A stretch of DNA of 63,607 nt, counting the filler, from Lama guanicoe (Eukaryota): NCBI GenBank assembly GCA_013239625.1. It is 156 parts of 156 records of this genome, joined end to end, with 100 filler letters (N's around TTAATTAATTAA, not from the genome) between each part and the next. Parts side by side here need not be neighbours in the genome. Positions count along the whole stretch, not along the records: positions 25,289 to 25,596 come from PNXV01055069.1; positions 25,697 to 26,004 come from PNXV01055070.1; positions 26,105 to 26,412 come from PNXV01055071.1; positions 26,513 to 26,820 come from PNXV01055072.1; positions 26,921 to 27,228 come from PNXV01055073.1; positions 27,329 to 27,636 come from PNXV01055074.1; positions 27,737 to 28,044 come from PNXV01055075.1; positions 28,145 to 28,452 come from PNXV01055076.1; 148 more parts are not named here. The stretch is one strand, 5' to 3'. A program made the position numbers and the translations under genes. Under the pieces are notes generated by a model. The model did not search any database and was not told the origin of the DNA. It saw only the letters and a list, made by a program, of their open reading frames with translations. Positions 25,289 to 36,840 of this stretch are shown here, in pieces; position 1 is the first letter of the stretch, and the number at the start of each line of letters is the position of its first letter.

Positions 25289-25596
25289 GGGACTGCATCG
25301 ATCTAAAAAGCTTCTGCAAAGCAAAAGAAGCAACTAGTAAAATGAAAAGGCAACCTATGGAATAGGAGAAAACATTTGTAACAATTGTATGATAAGAAGT
25401 TAGTATCGAAAATATAAAAGGAACTCATATAATAGCAAAAATTTAAAAACAGTCCAATTAAAAAATGGGCAGATGATGTAAATAGACATTTTTCCAGAGA
25501 AGACATACAAATGGCCAACAGAAACATGCAAAGATGTTCAACATCCTAACCAGCAAAGAAATGCAAGTCAAAACCACAATGAAACATCAACTCACA
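25289..25596 (+). mobile_element. LINE-1 ORF2 C-terminal fragment
   Basis: CTAAAAAGCTTCTGCA..AAATGAAAAGGCAACCTATGGAA..AAAAATGGGCA..GAAGACATACAAATGGCCAACAG. Confidence 0.92.
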
Positions 25597-26512
25597 NNNN
25601 NNNNNNNNNNNNNNNNNNNNNNNNNNNNNNNNNNNNNNNNTTAATTAATTAANNNNNNNNNNNNNNNNNNNNNNNNNNNNNNNNNNNNNNNNNNNNTTTT
25701 TTTTTAAAGATAAGAAACAGGGAGATAAACTAAATTATTTTAACATTGTTTGAATCAATGATAAATCATGCCTGAAGCTATCGTATTCCTTTTGTCCTGA
25801 AATCAAGTTTGGCTTCAATTTTCTGTTTGATGCAGCCTCCAGCCCACCATCTACATTCTTGCCATCTATTTATAAGCATGCAGCAGAGCTTTAAGAATTT
25901 AGTCTAATTAATCCCTTACTATCCATCCAGTCTGAGCCACTCTGCTCCTCACCCACCATATATATTCCATAAAAATATTTAATATGATGGATTATTAATT
26001 TGTTNNNNNNNNNNNNNNNNNNNNNNNNNNNNNNNNNNNNNNNNNNNNTTAATTAATTAANNNNNNNNNNNNNNNNNNNNNNNNNNNNNNNNNNNNNNNN
26101 NNNNTCCTGTCTTGGTGAATTAGGAGGGGCATGGTTTTGTTCATCTGCATATTTCTCTGCTTTAAAATTACTCCATGATTAGAATGCATTCGTTTTATTT
26201 TCGTAATAAATATCGCAGTGGTTTAACTATGAAGTTTGGAAGTCGGAGATTCCTTTTGGCTTGAGAGATCAGGGCAGGCTTCCTGGAGGGGGCCGTGTTT
26301 GAAATGAGAACAGAAAGCCAGGGAGAGAGGGCGTTCCCAGAGGAGGCAGCAGCCCCAGCAGAAGCAATGGGGTTGGGTTCTTCCGTGAAAACACAGAACA
26401 TTCCTGCTTGGTNNNNNNNNNNNNNNNNNNNNNNNNNNNNNNNNNNNNNNNNNNNNTTAATTAATTAANNNNNNNNNNNNNNNNNNNNNNNNNNNNNNNN
26501 NNNNNNNNNNNN

Positions 26513-26820
26513 TCATTGTCCATCTCCATGAGAGCTCTTGGGTGACCAGGCGCATTGTCAATGAGCAGTAATATTTTGAAAGGACTCTTTTCTTCTGAGA
26601 AGTAGGTCTCAATATTGGGCTGAAAATATTGAGTCCACCATGCTGTAAACAGAAGCGCTGTCGTCTAGGCTTTGTTGTTCCATTTACAGAGCACAGGCAG
26701 AATGGAGTTCGCACACATCTTAAGGGCCCTAGGATTTTTCTCAATTGTAAATGAGCATTGATTTCAACTTGAAGTCGCCAGCTGCATTAGCCCTTAACAA
26801 GGGAGCCAGCATGTCCTTTG
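26513..26820 (-). mobile_element. Tigger1 (pogo/Tc1-mariner) transposase DDE-domain fragment, pseudogenised
   Basis: Translates (one frameshift, stops) to LLRANAAGDFKLKSMLIY..NPRALK..LPVL.KWNNKA*...[35 protein letters not shown], matching Tigger1 transposase. Confidence 0.92.
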
Positions 26821-27129
26821 NNNNNNNNNNNNNNNNNNNNNNNNNNNNNNNNNNNNNNNNNNNNTTAATTAATTAANNNNNNNNNNNNNNNNNNNNNNNN
26901 NNNNNNNNNNNNNNNNNNNNAAAAAAAAAGATATCATTGATTCATTGATTAATCCAGTCAAAAGTATTTATTGAACACTGTGGTAGATATTGGACATGCA
27001 AACTTAAAAAATAATTTTACAGTTGGTCACAGGGTTGAAGATTAATTCCAGCTGGATGACCCTCCGCCTGTCGAGGGCTGGGGTACTCCTCTTGATATCA
27101 AGTTTTCTTTTTCTTTTTTTGTTAATCTA

Positions 27130-27228
27130 ACATTTTTAAGTTGAAGTATAGTCAGTTTACAATGTTTTTTCAATTTCTAGTGTACAGCACAATGTTTCAG
27201 TCATACATATACATACATATATTCCTTT
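27130..27228 (-). mobile_element. Artiodactyl-type LINE-1 3' terminus
   Basis: TTGAAGTATAGTCAGTTTACAATGTT..TTCTAGTGTACAGCA..TTCAGTCATACATATACATACATATATTC. Confidence 0.75.
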
Positions 27229-27544
27229 NNNNNNNNNNNNNNNNNNNNNNNNNNNNNNNNNNNNNNNNNNNNTTAATTAATTAANNNNNNNNNNNNNNNN
27301 NNNNNNNNNNNNNNNNNNNNNNNNNNNNTGAGGTTGATGGGTACCATCCTCCTGCTCTCCCTCTGCCTTAATAAAACCAGCAGGTCCCATCTATTTTTTC
27401 TTCCCTTCCCTTATGGTGTCAACTTTATGCTCCAGCCAGCAGATGCCATCTTCCCCGCTCTCCCTCTGTCTTGCTATATTTCATTCTTCTTTTTTTCTTC
27501 TGCTCCCCTTTATTCAGGAGGTGTCATCTTTGTACTCTCTCACT

Positions 27545-27636
27545 GCCTCACTCCAGCCATCTTCGCACTGTCCCTCTGAGGGGCTCGAGAGTGCCAGTAT
27601 CTCCAAGCAGGGAATGTCTACACACTGGTGACCCAG
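27545..27636 (+). mobile_element. LINE-1 5' region remnant, near-identical to part of 59209-59517 (opposite strand)
   Basis: GCCATCTTCGCACTGTCCCTCTG..CCAGTATCTCC..CTGGTGACCCAG; 66 bp match 59452-59517 with 4 mismatches. Confidence 0.55.
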
Positions 27637-27749
27637 NNNNNNNNNNNNNNNNNNNNNNNNNNNNNNNNNNNNNNNNNNNNTTAATTAATTAANNNNNNNN
27701 NNNNNNNNNNNNNNNNNNNNNNNNNNNNNNNNNNNNAAAAAAAAATTAT

Positions 27750-28044
27750 TTTTTTTTCTTTTTGCTGCTCTGTCTACGTGAGTTTCATTGCCTTAGTTTT
27801 CCAGCTCACTGATACATTCTACTTCATCCAGTCTGCCATTAAAACTCTTCAGTGTAATTTTCATTTACTGTATTATTCAGCTCTGACTTTTGTTTGGTAC
27901 TTTCTTAGGTTTTCTGTCTCTTTGCTGAAATTCTCACTGTGTTTATCCATTCTAATCCTGAGTTTAATGAGCTACTTTATTACCATTGCATTGAATCTTT
28001 ATTAGGGAGATCACTTATCTTCTTATCACTAAGATCCTTTTTTT
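27750..28044 (-). mobile_element. Old LINE-1 ORF1 fragment
   Basis: T-rich antisense ORF1 pattern TTTCATTGCC..TTCCAGCTCACTGAT..TTTCTGTCTCTTTGCTGAAATTCTCACT. Confidence 0.6.
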
Positions 28045-28960
28045 NNNNNNNNNNNNNNNNNNNNNNNNNNNNNNNNNNNNNNNNNNNNTTAATTAATTAA
28101 NNNNNNNNNNNNNNNNNNNNNNNNNNNNNNNNNNNNNNNNNNNNCCACTGCACCCACACACCCTGGGCTCTCTGCCCGACTACCCCCCCACACTCACCCA
28201 GACACCTCGCAAAGCAGACTCCTTCCTCTGTCGATGAGGAATCTCAGGCTGAGAGAGTTTAGGTGAGTCGCCCAAGGCCCTGCTGAGGTACAAACAGCTG
28301 TCTGGCCTCAGCGTCCCCCCTCCTCCCCGACACGAGGAGGAGAAGGCAGCAAGCTCCCCGAGACCCCACCAGGCACCCGGCCGCAGAGCTCACCCTCCTT
28401 CCCGGGAGTGACGAGGAGAGTGCACGGAGGCAGAGGGAGGTCACCGCAGGGCNNNNNNNNNNNNNNNNNNNNNNNNNNNNNNNNNNNNNNNNNNNNTTAA
28501 TTAATTAANNNNNNNNNNNNNNNNNNNNNNNNNNNNNNNNNNNNNNNNNNNNCAGCATAATGAGACTTACCCACATTTTAGAAGAGTAAATTAAATGCCT
28601 CGAGATTAAAGTGTGAGAGCAGTACCCTGAAATGTGAGAAAGCCACACGAAGTATTCATGTTAGAAACAGAGACATGGTAATATAAGTGGTCAAGGCACA
28701 GAGCCAGGAAAGTGACAGGGGCTGGATGAGGACAGAAGGGTGCCGGGTCCAGCCCCTGAAGTTAGTTAGACTATGGCGCCACCCCACGTAGCAGAACTGA
28801 CAGTCCTCTAACTAAGTCCCTCTGCCTTAGTTACACATAAGCATTTTTACTGTTTTATTTNNNNNNNNNNNNNNNNNNNNNNNNNNNNNNNNNNNNNNNN
28901 NNNNTTAATTAATTAANNNNNNNNNNNNNNNNNNNNNNNNNNNNNNNNNNNNNNNNNNNN

Positions 28961-29268
28961 CCATACTGTTTTGATTACTGTAGCTTTGTAGTATAGTCTG
29001 AAGTCAAGGCATATGACTCCTCCATCTCCATTCTCCTTTTTCAAGACTGTTTAGGCTCTTTGGGGTCTTTTGTGTTTCCATACAAAGTTTAACATTTTTT
29101 ATTCCAGCTCTGTGAAAAATCTCATTGGTAATTTGATAGGGATTGGATTGAATGTGTATATCGCCTTGAATGGTATGGCCATTTAACAATATTGATTCTT
29201 CCAATCCAAGAATGTGATGTATCTTTCCATCTGTTTATGTCATCTTCAATTTCTTTCATCAGTGTCTT
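28961..29268 (-). mobile_element. LINE-1 ORF2 fragment
   Basis: CCATACTGTTTTGATTACTGTAGCTTTGTAGTATAGTCTGAAGTCA..GTATGGCCATTTAACAATATTGATTCTTCCAATCCA. Confidence 0.95.
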
Positions 29269-29569
29269 NNNNNNNNNNNNNNNNNNNNNNNNNNNNNNNN
29301 NNNNNNNNNNNNTTAATTAATTAANNNNNNNNNNNNNNNNNNNNNNNNNNNNNNNNNNNNNNNNNNNNCTTTGGTTTTTGTGATCTGCGTTTGTAAGTTA
29401 TAGAAGTTTGCAGTTATATCCACGTGAAGTCTTTGATTTGGATTTTTCCTTCATTTTTTTAAGATTGAGACATTGACCTTGTGTGTATTTACATCTTATT
29501 TATTTGCTTGTGTAAAAAGCATGCCTTTTGCTTACCTATTCTCTGAATATATACACATTATCCTTTTGT

Positions 29570-29676
29570 TTTTCCTATTGAGTTATAGTCCGTTTACAAT
29601 ATTGTGTCAATGCTTCAGTCATACATGAACGTACATATGTGCATTTCCATATTCTTCTTTACCGTGAGCTACTACA
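29570..29676 (-). mobile_element. Artiodactyl-type LINE-1 3' terminus
   Basis: TATTGAGTTATAGTCCGTTTACAATATTGTGTCAATGCTTCAGTCATACAT; similar to 27130-27228. Confidence 0.7.
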
Positions 29677-30592
29677 NNNNNNNNNNNNNNNNNNNNNNNN
29701 NNNNNNNNNNNNNNNNNNNNTTAATTAATTAANNNNNNNNNNNNNNNNNNNNNNNNNNNNNNNNNNNNNNNNNNNNAAACTAATCTATTTGCATTTTTAT
29801 AACATATTCACATGAGATAGTATGTTTTATAATTATGAAAAAACAGTTCAAGGACAGCCAAAGAGCAGTTAATCCATTCACATACTACAGGACATTATGA
29901 ATTTGGTGTCTGGTAGCAGGGCCAACCCCCCAAGTTATAGGCTTTTCCCATTTTTGAATATGAGTATTATGTCACCAAATACATGGGACTGGGGAACCAT
30001 GAAAAACAAATGGAAAGTGGCTATGAACTTTAGACTTGAAGTAACTATGGACTTCAAAAATGGACACATGCAATTAAAGTGGATNNNNNNNNNNNNNNNN
30101 NNNNNNNNNNNNNNNNNNNNNNNNNNNNTTAATTAATTAANNNNNNNNNNNNNNNNNNNNNNNNNNNNNNNNNNNNNNNNNNNNCAGAAGTAGCATCAGA
30201 GCAGGGCTATGATGCTCAGTTCAACCATAACATTGTTTAGAATAATATAAGATTTATGATGATTTTCATTATATTATGGCTTAATAATACAGTAATTTAG
30301 ATAAGACAGATATTAACTGTACCACATGCATTCGCCTTAAACATTAGGAATATTTTTTGTGATATGACTAAGAGACTGGTTTTTATTATGCTTTGCTAAT
30401 ATCGGATCGGTTGCAGAAGTCACGGGTATTTCGCAGGTGACAATGAAACTAACTGACGTGTTCCAAAGAAGTGTAAAACATTGAGATTATTTNNNNNNNN
30501 NNNNNNNNNNNNNNNNNNNNNNNNNNNNNNNNNNNNTTAATTAATTAANNNNNNNNNNNNNNNNNNNNNNNNNNNNNNNNNNNNNNNNNNNN

Positions 30593-30900
30593 CCTGCCCG
30601 ACCGGCAGGGGGCGCTGTGCAGGCGCCGCCCGCCGCCCGGACAATGCGCCGCGGCCCGCTGCTCCCTGGGCGCCACCGCCCCTCAGCGCGCCCCGCCCGC
30701 GGCCCCCTCGTGGCGTTCGCTCCCCCGCGGCGCACGGGCCTCACCTGCCGGCCACCTAAGCCGCCGTCCGCAGCCCGCGAGCCCTACTGTCCCACGCCGC
30801 GCTCCCGCCCGGGGCCGACCGAGCCAGACGGCGCCGCCCCGCCCCCGCTCCGTTCCGCGGCCGCCGCCGCCGCCGCCCGCCCCCGGCCGCCAGGCGCACG
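30593..30900 (-). promoter_or_regulatory. CpG island fragment with GC boxes and probable first-exon splice donor
   Basis: Extremely GC/CpG-rich with (GCC)n and CCGCCC boxes; minus-strand GGCAG|GTGAGG donor near 30745. Confidence 0.75.
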
Positions 30901-31000
30901 NNNNNNNNNNNNNNNNNNNNNNNNNNNNNNNNNNNNNNNNNNNNTTAATTAATTAANNNNNNNNNNNNNNNNNNNNNNNNNNNNNNNNNNNNNNNNNNNN

Positions 31001-31306
31001 TTATCAGAGAAATGCAAATCAAAACTACAATGAGTTATCACCTCACACTAGTCAGAGTGGGTATCATTAAAAAGTCCACAAATGATAAATGCTGGAGAGG
31101 ATGTGCAGAGAAGTGAACTCTCCTACACTGTTGCGGAGGAAAGTAGTTTGGTGTAGCCATTAAGGAAAATAGTATGAAGAGTCCTTAAAAAACTAAAAAT
31201 AGACTTACCATATGATCCAAGAATCCAACTCCTGGGCATATACTCAGAGGGAACTTCAATTCAAAAAGATACATGCACCCCAATGTTCATAACAGCACTA
31301 TTTACA
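31001..31306 (+). mobile_element. LINE-1 ORF2 CCHC-region fragment
   Basis: GAAATGCAAATCAAAACTACAATGAG..AAATGCTGGAGAGGATGTG..CTCCTACACTGTTG..CAAAAAGATACATGCACCCCAATGTTCAT. Confidence 0.95.
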
Positions 31307-32222
31307 NNNNNNNNNNNNNNNNNNNNNNNNNNNNNNNNNNNNNNNNNNNNTTAATTAATTAANNNNNNNNNNNNNNNNNNNNNNNNNNNNNNNNNNNNNN
31401 NNNNNNATCCAATGAACACTAACTTTTGAAAGCTAGGTAGTACAGTGCATGAACTGGCAGGGAGTCCAGTGAAGAGCAGAGGAAAACTAACCCAGGCAAT
31501 GCTGTGTTTGGATGTCAGCTTCAAAAACATTTTCAAGGAAAGTGGGTGGTCATATGTGTTAAGTTCTACTGTGGCAGTAAGTAAATGAGAACGGAAAAGT
31601 GCCCAGTAGATTTAGCTCTTTGTTTGTCCTTGAATGTCCTAATGAGAACACTTTTGAGAGTGGGAGTGGAAATCAAAAATAAAAGTATAAAAAATAAGGT
31701 AACGGTGAAAAATANNNNNNNNNNNNNNNNNNNNNNNNNNNNNNNNNNNNNNNNNNNNTTAATTAATTAANNNNNNNNNNNNNNNNNNNNNNNNNNNNNN
31801 NNNNNNNNNNNNNNTTAAAAAATTGTGTAGGAAAATGAACATGTACAACTATGATGAACTAATTCCTTCAACTAGAACAGTCCTGGATGTACTTAAAATA
31901 TTGAGATTTCATTTAAAATAATATTTATAGTCTTTCTTCCAAAAAATACATTTTAACTATTTTGGTCTCATTGCCAAGGGGATCGAAAATGAACTCATAA
32001 AATGAGATTATTGTAATGATTTTATTTTCCTATTAAAATGGCAAGACACAGATTGAGTTGAACAGATACCATGAGAGAGTATATTCTTTTTGACTATAAA
32101 AAATATTTTTGAGGTCTTTTTTNNNNNNNNNNNNNNNNNNNNNNNNNNNNNNNNNNNNNNNNNNNNTTAATTAATTAANNNNNNNNNNNNNNNNNNNNNN
32201 NNNNNNNNNNNNNNNNNNNNNN

Positions 32223-32244
32223 ACACACACACACACACACACAC
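32223..32244. repeat. (CA)n microsatellite at contig end
   Basis: acacacacacacacacacacac. Confidence 0.95.
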
Positions 32245-32653
32245 GACTCTAGGCAAGTATTATTATTTGACAATTTGTTTACACTGGTTATTTTGAAACA
32301 TAACATTGTACAGACACTGGTTAAACCATATATGTAAAGTTTAACAAAAGTTATAAAGAAATATCCAAATAAACAATAACCAGGTCAAAAATGACTATTC
32401 TGAGCACCGCCAAAGACTCACATATGTTTCTTCCCAATTACACTCACTTCTTCCCAGAAGTAAGCACTATTATCACCCTTGTAATCTTAATATTATTGCT
32501 TTTTGTTATGGTTTTAACTTTATGAACATANNNNNNNNNNNNNNNNNNNNNNNNNNNNNNNNNNNNNNNNNNNNTTAATTAATTAANNNNNNNNNNNNNN
32601 NNNNNNNNNNNNNNNNNNNNNNNNNNNNNNCAGTTAAGATGAGGACTGGTAGC

Positions 32654-32938
32654 TGTGTCAGTTCTCTACTGCTGCATAACAAGTCATTCCCCAGACAGCA
32701 TACACTTATCTCCTGCATTGTGCTGGTTGGAGTATGGGCTTGGCCTGGCTGGACACTCTCAAGGTCTCTCCCGAGGCTGCAGAAAAGGTATCAGCTGGGG
32801 TTGCAGCTGACTGCCAGAGTGTCTGCTTCCAAGCTCACTCATGTGGTTGTTGACAGGACTCAGTTCCTTGGGGCTCTTGGGCTGAGGCCCCAGCTCCTCA
32901 CTGGCTGTTGTCCAGAGACTACCCACAGCTCCTGACCA
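32654..32938 (-). mobile_element. ERVL-MaLR LTR (MLT1-type)
   Basis: TGTGTCAGTTCTCTACTGCTGCATAACAA..CTGCTTCCAAGCTCACTCATGTGGTTGTTG..CAGTTCCTTG MLT1 antisense motifs. Confidence 0.8.
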
Positions 32939-34671
32939 NNNNNNNNNNNNNNNNNNNNNNNNNNNNNNNNNNNNNNNNNNNNTTAATTAATTAANNNNNN
33001 NNNNNNNNNNNNNNNNNNNNNNNNNNNNNNNNNNNNNNGACTGTGCTTTTACGTGTATCAGTCTAAGATGTGATGTCATTTCTCCCCAGAGTAGAGGAGA
33101 CTGAGCAGGGGAGTGTGACAAATGATTTTATCACCATTTCCTTTTAACAGTTCAGCCTCATGATTTTCTTTGAAGTGTTAAAGACTTGTAGAATATCAAA
33201 CACATCCAGATCTAAATGTGGCCATCAAACTACATTTCAAAATAGTGATTTTAAAATAGCACCCATTGTGGAAAATGGATAACATTTCCTCCAACATAGG
33301 ACACAGTCAAAGGTTGCCTAGAATTTTCATGTCCCTCCATTCCAAANNNNNNNNNNNNNNNNNNNNNNNNNNNNNNNNNNNNNNNNNNNNTTAATTAATT
33401 AANNNNNNNNNNNNNNNNNNNNNNNNNNNNNNNNNNNNNNNNNNNNAGGGTTTCCTACATCCAGAGTTGATAGGTGTAAATAAACTCCAGGGCATAGATA
33501 GTAGAGAAATTTAGTAAAATAAATGGGAAATGGAAATTTTGAGTATTTATAATCTTTTTTAAAAAATTATTTATTTAGGTGTAAGTTAACATAATTTAAA
33601 TTTTAATTATGGTTGTGTTTAACAGGCAGCTCTCAGAATTTCTGAAAATTACTAGAGCACAGGCAGGGTAGATTTAGCATCATTCTTAGGGCCCCAGGAT
33701 ATCTGGAATGGTGAAGGAGCACTGGCTTCACATGACAGTCACCAGCTGCATTGGNNNNNNNNNNNNNNNNNNNNNNNNNNNNNNNNNNNNNNNNNNNNTT
33801 AATTAATTAANNNNNNNNNNNNNNNNNNNNNNNNNNNNNNNNNNNNNNNNNNNNTTTTTTAAAGTATTTCAGGCTTCATGCTGTCCATCTTCATGCCTCA
33901 GCCTCTTTGGAATTGTCTCCAAGAATTCATAAAACTCCACGTGTAGCTAGAGGACATGCTTTCTCATCCAAGAAGCAGAAAAGACTGCTTCTTAAGACAC
34001 ATCTTTTTTGTGAGCATCCCATCCCACCACAGCCCCTGGTCATGAAAACATCTTTTCTCAATGACACTTTTGTGAATGTCCTTCAGACACTGGGAACTGT
34101 GCTGGAAGGATGCAGGGAAATAAAATGCTAATGGACCATGACATGTATCATATACAAAATATNNNNNNNNNNNNNNNNNNNNNNNNNNNNNNNNNNNNNN
34201 NNNNNNTTAATTAATTAANNNNNNNNNNNNNNNNNNNNNNNNNNNNNNNNNNNNNNNNNNNNTTAATATCTCTTAGAAACAGCTGACCAGTCCTGAAGCC
34301 CTTGGGCTTCCCGAAGGGCTCTTGCTTATCAGTGGCCTTGTTCTCTGCCTTTTCAGAGCTGGGTGTGTGAGGGAGGCCGATGCCCTGTGCTCTGTGCAGG
34401 TGTGTTGTCAAGTGTCTCTCTGAGCTCCGTATCACCACCACCACCGCCACCATAAAATACTTAAGTATGGCTGAGTGGTTTTGAAATCATAGTTCTGGTT
34501 TAGGAGCTGTTTTAGGGGCATGTTATTTCTTAATTGTATTCAGGAAGAACTAAAAAGTGGTAGGTTTCCTANNNNNNNNNNNNNNNNNNNNNNNNNNNNN
34601 NNNNNNNNNNNNNNNTTAATTAATTAANNNNNNNNNNNNNNNNNNNNNNNNNNNNNNNNNNNNNNNNNNNN

Positions 34672-34941
34672 TCAGACTGCTCAGCTCCACGTAGGCTGTG
34701 CTGGTGGACGTGTCTGCAGTGAAGGTGACTCTGCCCTGGAACTTCTGTGCATACTTTGTGCCACCATCTTCAGGGTCAATTCTTCCCATCCACTCAAGCC
34801 CTTGTCCAGGGGCCTGTCGCACCCAGTCTATGTAGTAGCTGGTGAAGGTGTATCCAGAAGCCTTGCAGGAGACCTTCACTGATGCCCCAGGTTTTCTCAG
34901 CTCAGCCCCTGACTGCACCAGCTGGACCTGCGAGTGGGCAC
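34672..34941 (-). CDS. IGHV1: Immunoglobulin heavy variable gene, clan I / IGHV1 family V-exon (3'-truncated by contig end)
   Basis: Acceptor tgtgtctcttgtcgccag| then leader part 2 (G)AHS and [86 protein letters not shown]; open frame; second Cys and RSS lie beyond the contig. Confidence 0.97.
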
Positions 34942-35084
34942 CTGGCGACAAGAGACACAACTGGATGAGATACCCATCGANNNNNNNNNNNNNNNNNNNN
35001 NNNNNNNNNNNNNNNNNNNNNNNNTTAATTAATTAANNNNNNNNNNNNNNNNNNNNNNNNNNNNNNNNNNNNNNNNNNNNAGTA

Positions 35085-35380
35085 GTTAAAAACTTCACAA
35101 AGAAAACTCCAGGCTCTGAATTCACTGCTGAATTTCACCAATCCTCTGAGAAAAAAGTAATACAAATCCTACCAGAAAGCAGAAAAGGGAACAATTTCCA
35201 ACTCATTTTACGAGACTACCACTATTCAAATACCAGACAAACATTTTACTTTAAGAATGCAACGTTGTAAGTTTAACCCTGAAAATCAATGCATTTGATA
35301 TTAAAAGAAAAACCATAGGATCCTATCAATAAATGTGGAAAAAAGCATGTGATAAAATTCAGTATCTAATCATGACTTTA
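35085..35380 (+). mobile_element. Old LINE-1 ORF2 remnant with deletions
   Basis: AAGAAAACTCCAGGC..TTCACTGCTGAATT..TTCCAACTCATTTTACGAG..AAAAAGCATGTGATAAAATTCA. Confidence 0.7.
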
Positions 35381-35991
35381 AAAAAAAANNNNNNNNNNNN
35401 NNNNNNNNNNNNNNNNNNNNNNNNNNNNNNNNTTAATTAATTAANNNNNNNNNNNNNNNNNNNNNNNNNNNNNNNNNNNNNNNNNNNNGCTGCTTAGCAG
35501 GTCATTTCATTTGTCAGGTAGACGAAGGTAATGAGAATTTATCAGCCCCCAGTGGAGATTCACAGCTGATCTGTCACCACACATTTCTATAAATATTGCT
35601 CTTATTTACCCAGGATGCATTTCAAATTAGCAGGCGATTATACACACATACTTTATGCAATATATATACCTACATATATGCGTATAAAAATGTTTGACAC
35701 ACACACATACAATACATACACAGACCAGGGTTTACAGCTCTGTTCCTCATTTTTCTGGCACATCAACATGGACCAATGGTACAGTGAGGCCGGAAGNNNN
35801 NNNNNNNNNNNNNNNNNNNNNNNNNNNNNNNNNNNNNNNNTTAATTAATTAANNNNNNNNNNNNNNNNNNNNNNNNNNNNNNNNNNNNNNNNNNNNCTAT
35901 TCCAGGAGAATACTAAACAGGCTGTTATTAATTGAATAGTTGTGGTTGTCTTCTAAATATGGCTTCGTGTTTTGTTTGATGTCAATTTTAG

Positions 35992-36087
35992 AGCTGATGT
36001 TTTTGGAAACAAGTGCCCTCACAGGGGAGAATGTAGAAGAGGCCTTTGTACAATGTGCCAGGAAAATACTTAACAAAATTGAATCAG
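35992..36087 (+). CDS. RAB4A: RAB4A internal coding exon (96 bp, phase 1-1; G5 ETSA motif)
   Basis: ttttag|AG CTG ATG...GAA TCA G|gtaaaa encodes [43 protein letters not shown] distinguishes RAB4A from RAB4B (LKCARTIL..DS). Confidence 0.95.
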
Positions 36088-36305
36088 GTAAAACACTTTA
36101 CATTCATAAACTTTTCTTCAGCATCTTTCACTCCCTGGCTCAATAGTATCCATTTTCAGTATTTCCAGGAGCAATTTGGTCAAAGAATGTTCTCTCTACA
36201 CCTGCNNNNNNNNNNNNNNNNNNNNNNNNNNNNNNNNNNNNNNNNNNNNTTAATTAATTAANNNNNNNNNNNNNNNNNNNNNNNNNNNNNNNNNNNNNNN
36301 NNNNN

Positions 36306-36614
36306 GCCCGCGCCCCGGCTCCTCCCCGCTCAGCCCGCGGGCGCCGCGGCCCCGGGCGGCCGGTATCCGCGCGCAGGTGGCGCGGGGTCGCGGGGCGGGG
36401 CTGCGCGGAGCGGCGGGGAAGGGGCACCCGGGGTCCCGCCTGCTGTGCCCAGGATGCTCTCAGAGCCCCGGATACCACCAGGGGGGCCGGAGCCAGGGCC
36501 GGCTAAGCAGGTGCGCAGCCCGAACCCCCGCCCGCCCTCCGGGAGCGAGACGTGGCTGCCGCTGCCGGGAAGTCCCCGGGCTTTTCAGCACCCGGGGCGG
36601 CGGCGGCGGCGGCG
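36306..36614. promoter_or_regulatory. CpG island fragment with GC box and kappaB-like motif
   Basis: Very GC/CpG-rich; GGGGCGGGG; GGGAAGTCCC at 36567-36576; ends in (GGC)n. Confidence 0.75.
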
Positions 36615-36743
36615 NNNNNNNNNNNNNNNNNNNNNNNNNNNNNNNNNNNNNNNNNNNNTTAATTAATTAANNNNNNNNNNNNNNNNNNNNNNNNNNNNNN
36701 NNNNNNNNNNNNNNGGGGGGGGCGATTCTGGGGAACCAAAACT

Positions 36744-36840
36744 GTAGGAGAGAACCCTACCAGTGTGGAGGAAAATGACCACCAGAGCTTTCAGACAGAA
36801 CAGTGTCTGATGAATTATTCATCACAGAAGGTCTTCTAGA
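36744..36840 (+). pseudogene. Possible decayed C2H2 zinc-finger repeat
   Basis: GGAGAGAACCCTACCAGTGT is one base short of GEKPYQC codons; followed by AGAGCTTTCAGACAG (RAFRQ) and ATTCATCACAGAAGG (IHHRR). Confidence 0.3.

Noticed and set aside
30541..30952. Pro/Arg/Ala/Gly-rich ORFs over CpG islands (also 36254-36670 and 42385-42805)
   Set aside because: Stop-codon scarcity in very GC-rich DNA; open in several frames and both strands with non-ATG starts
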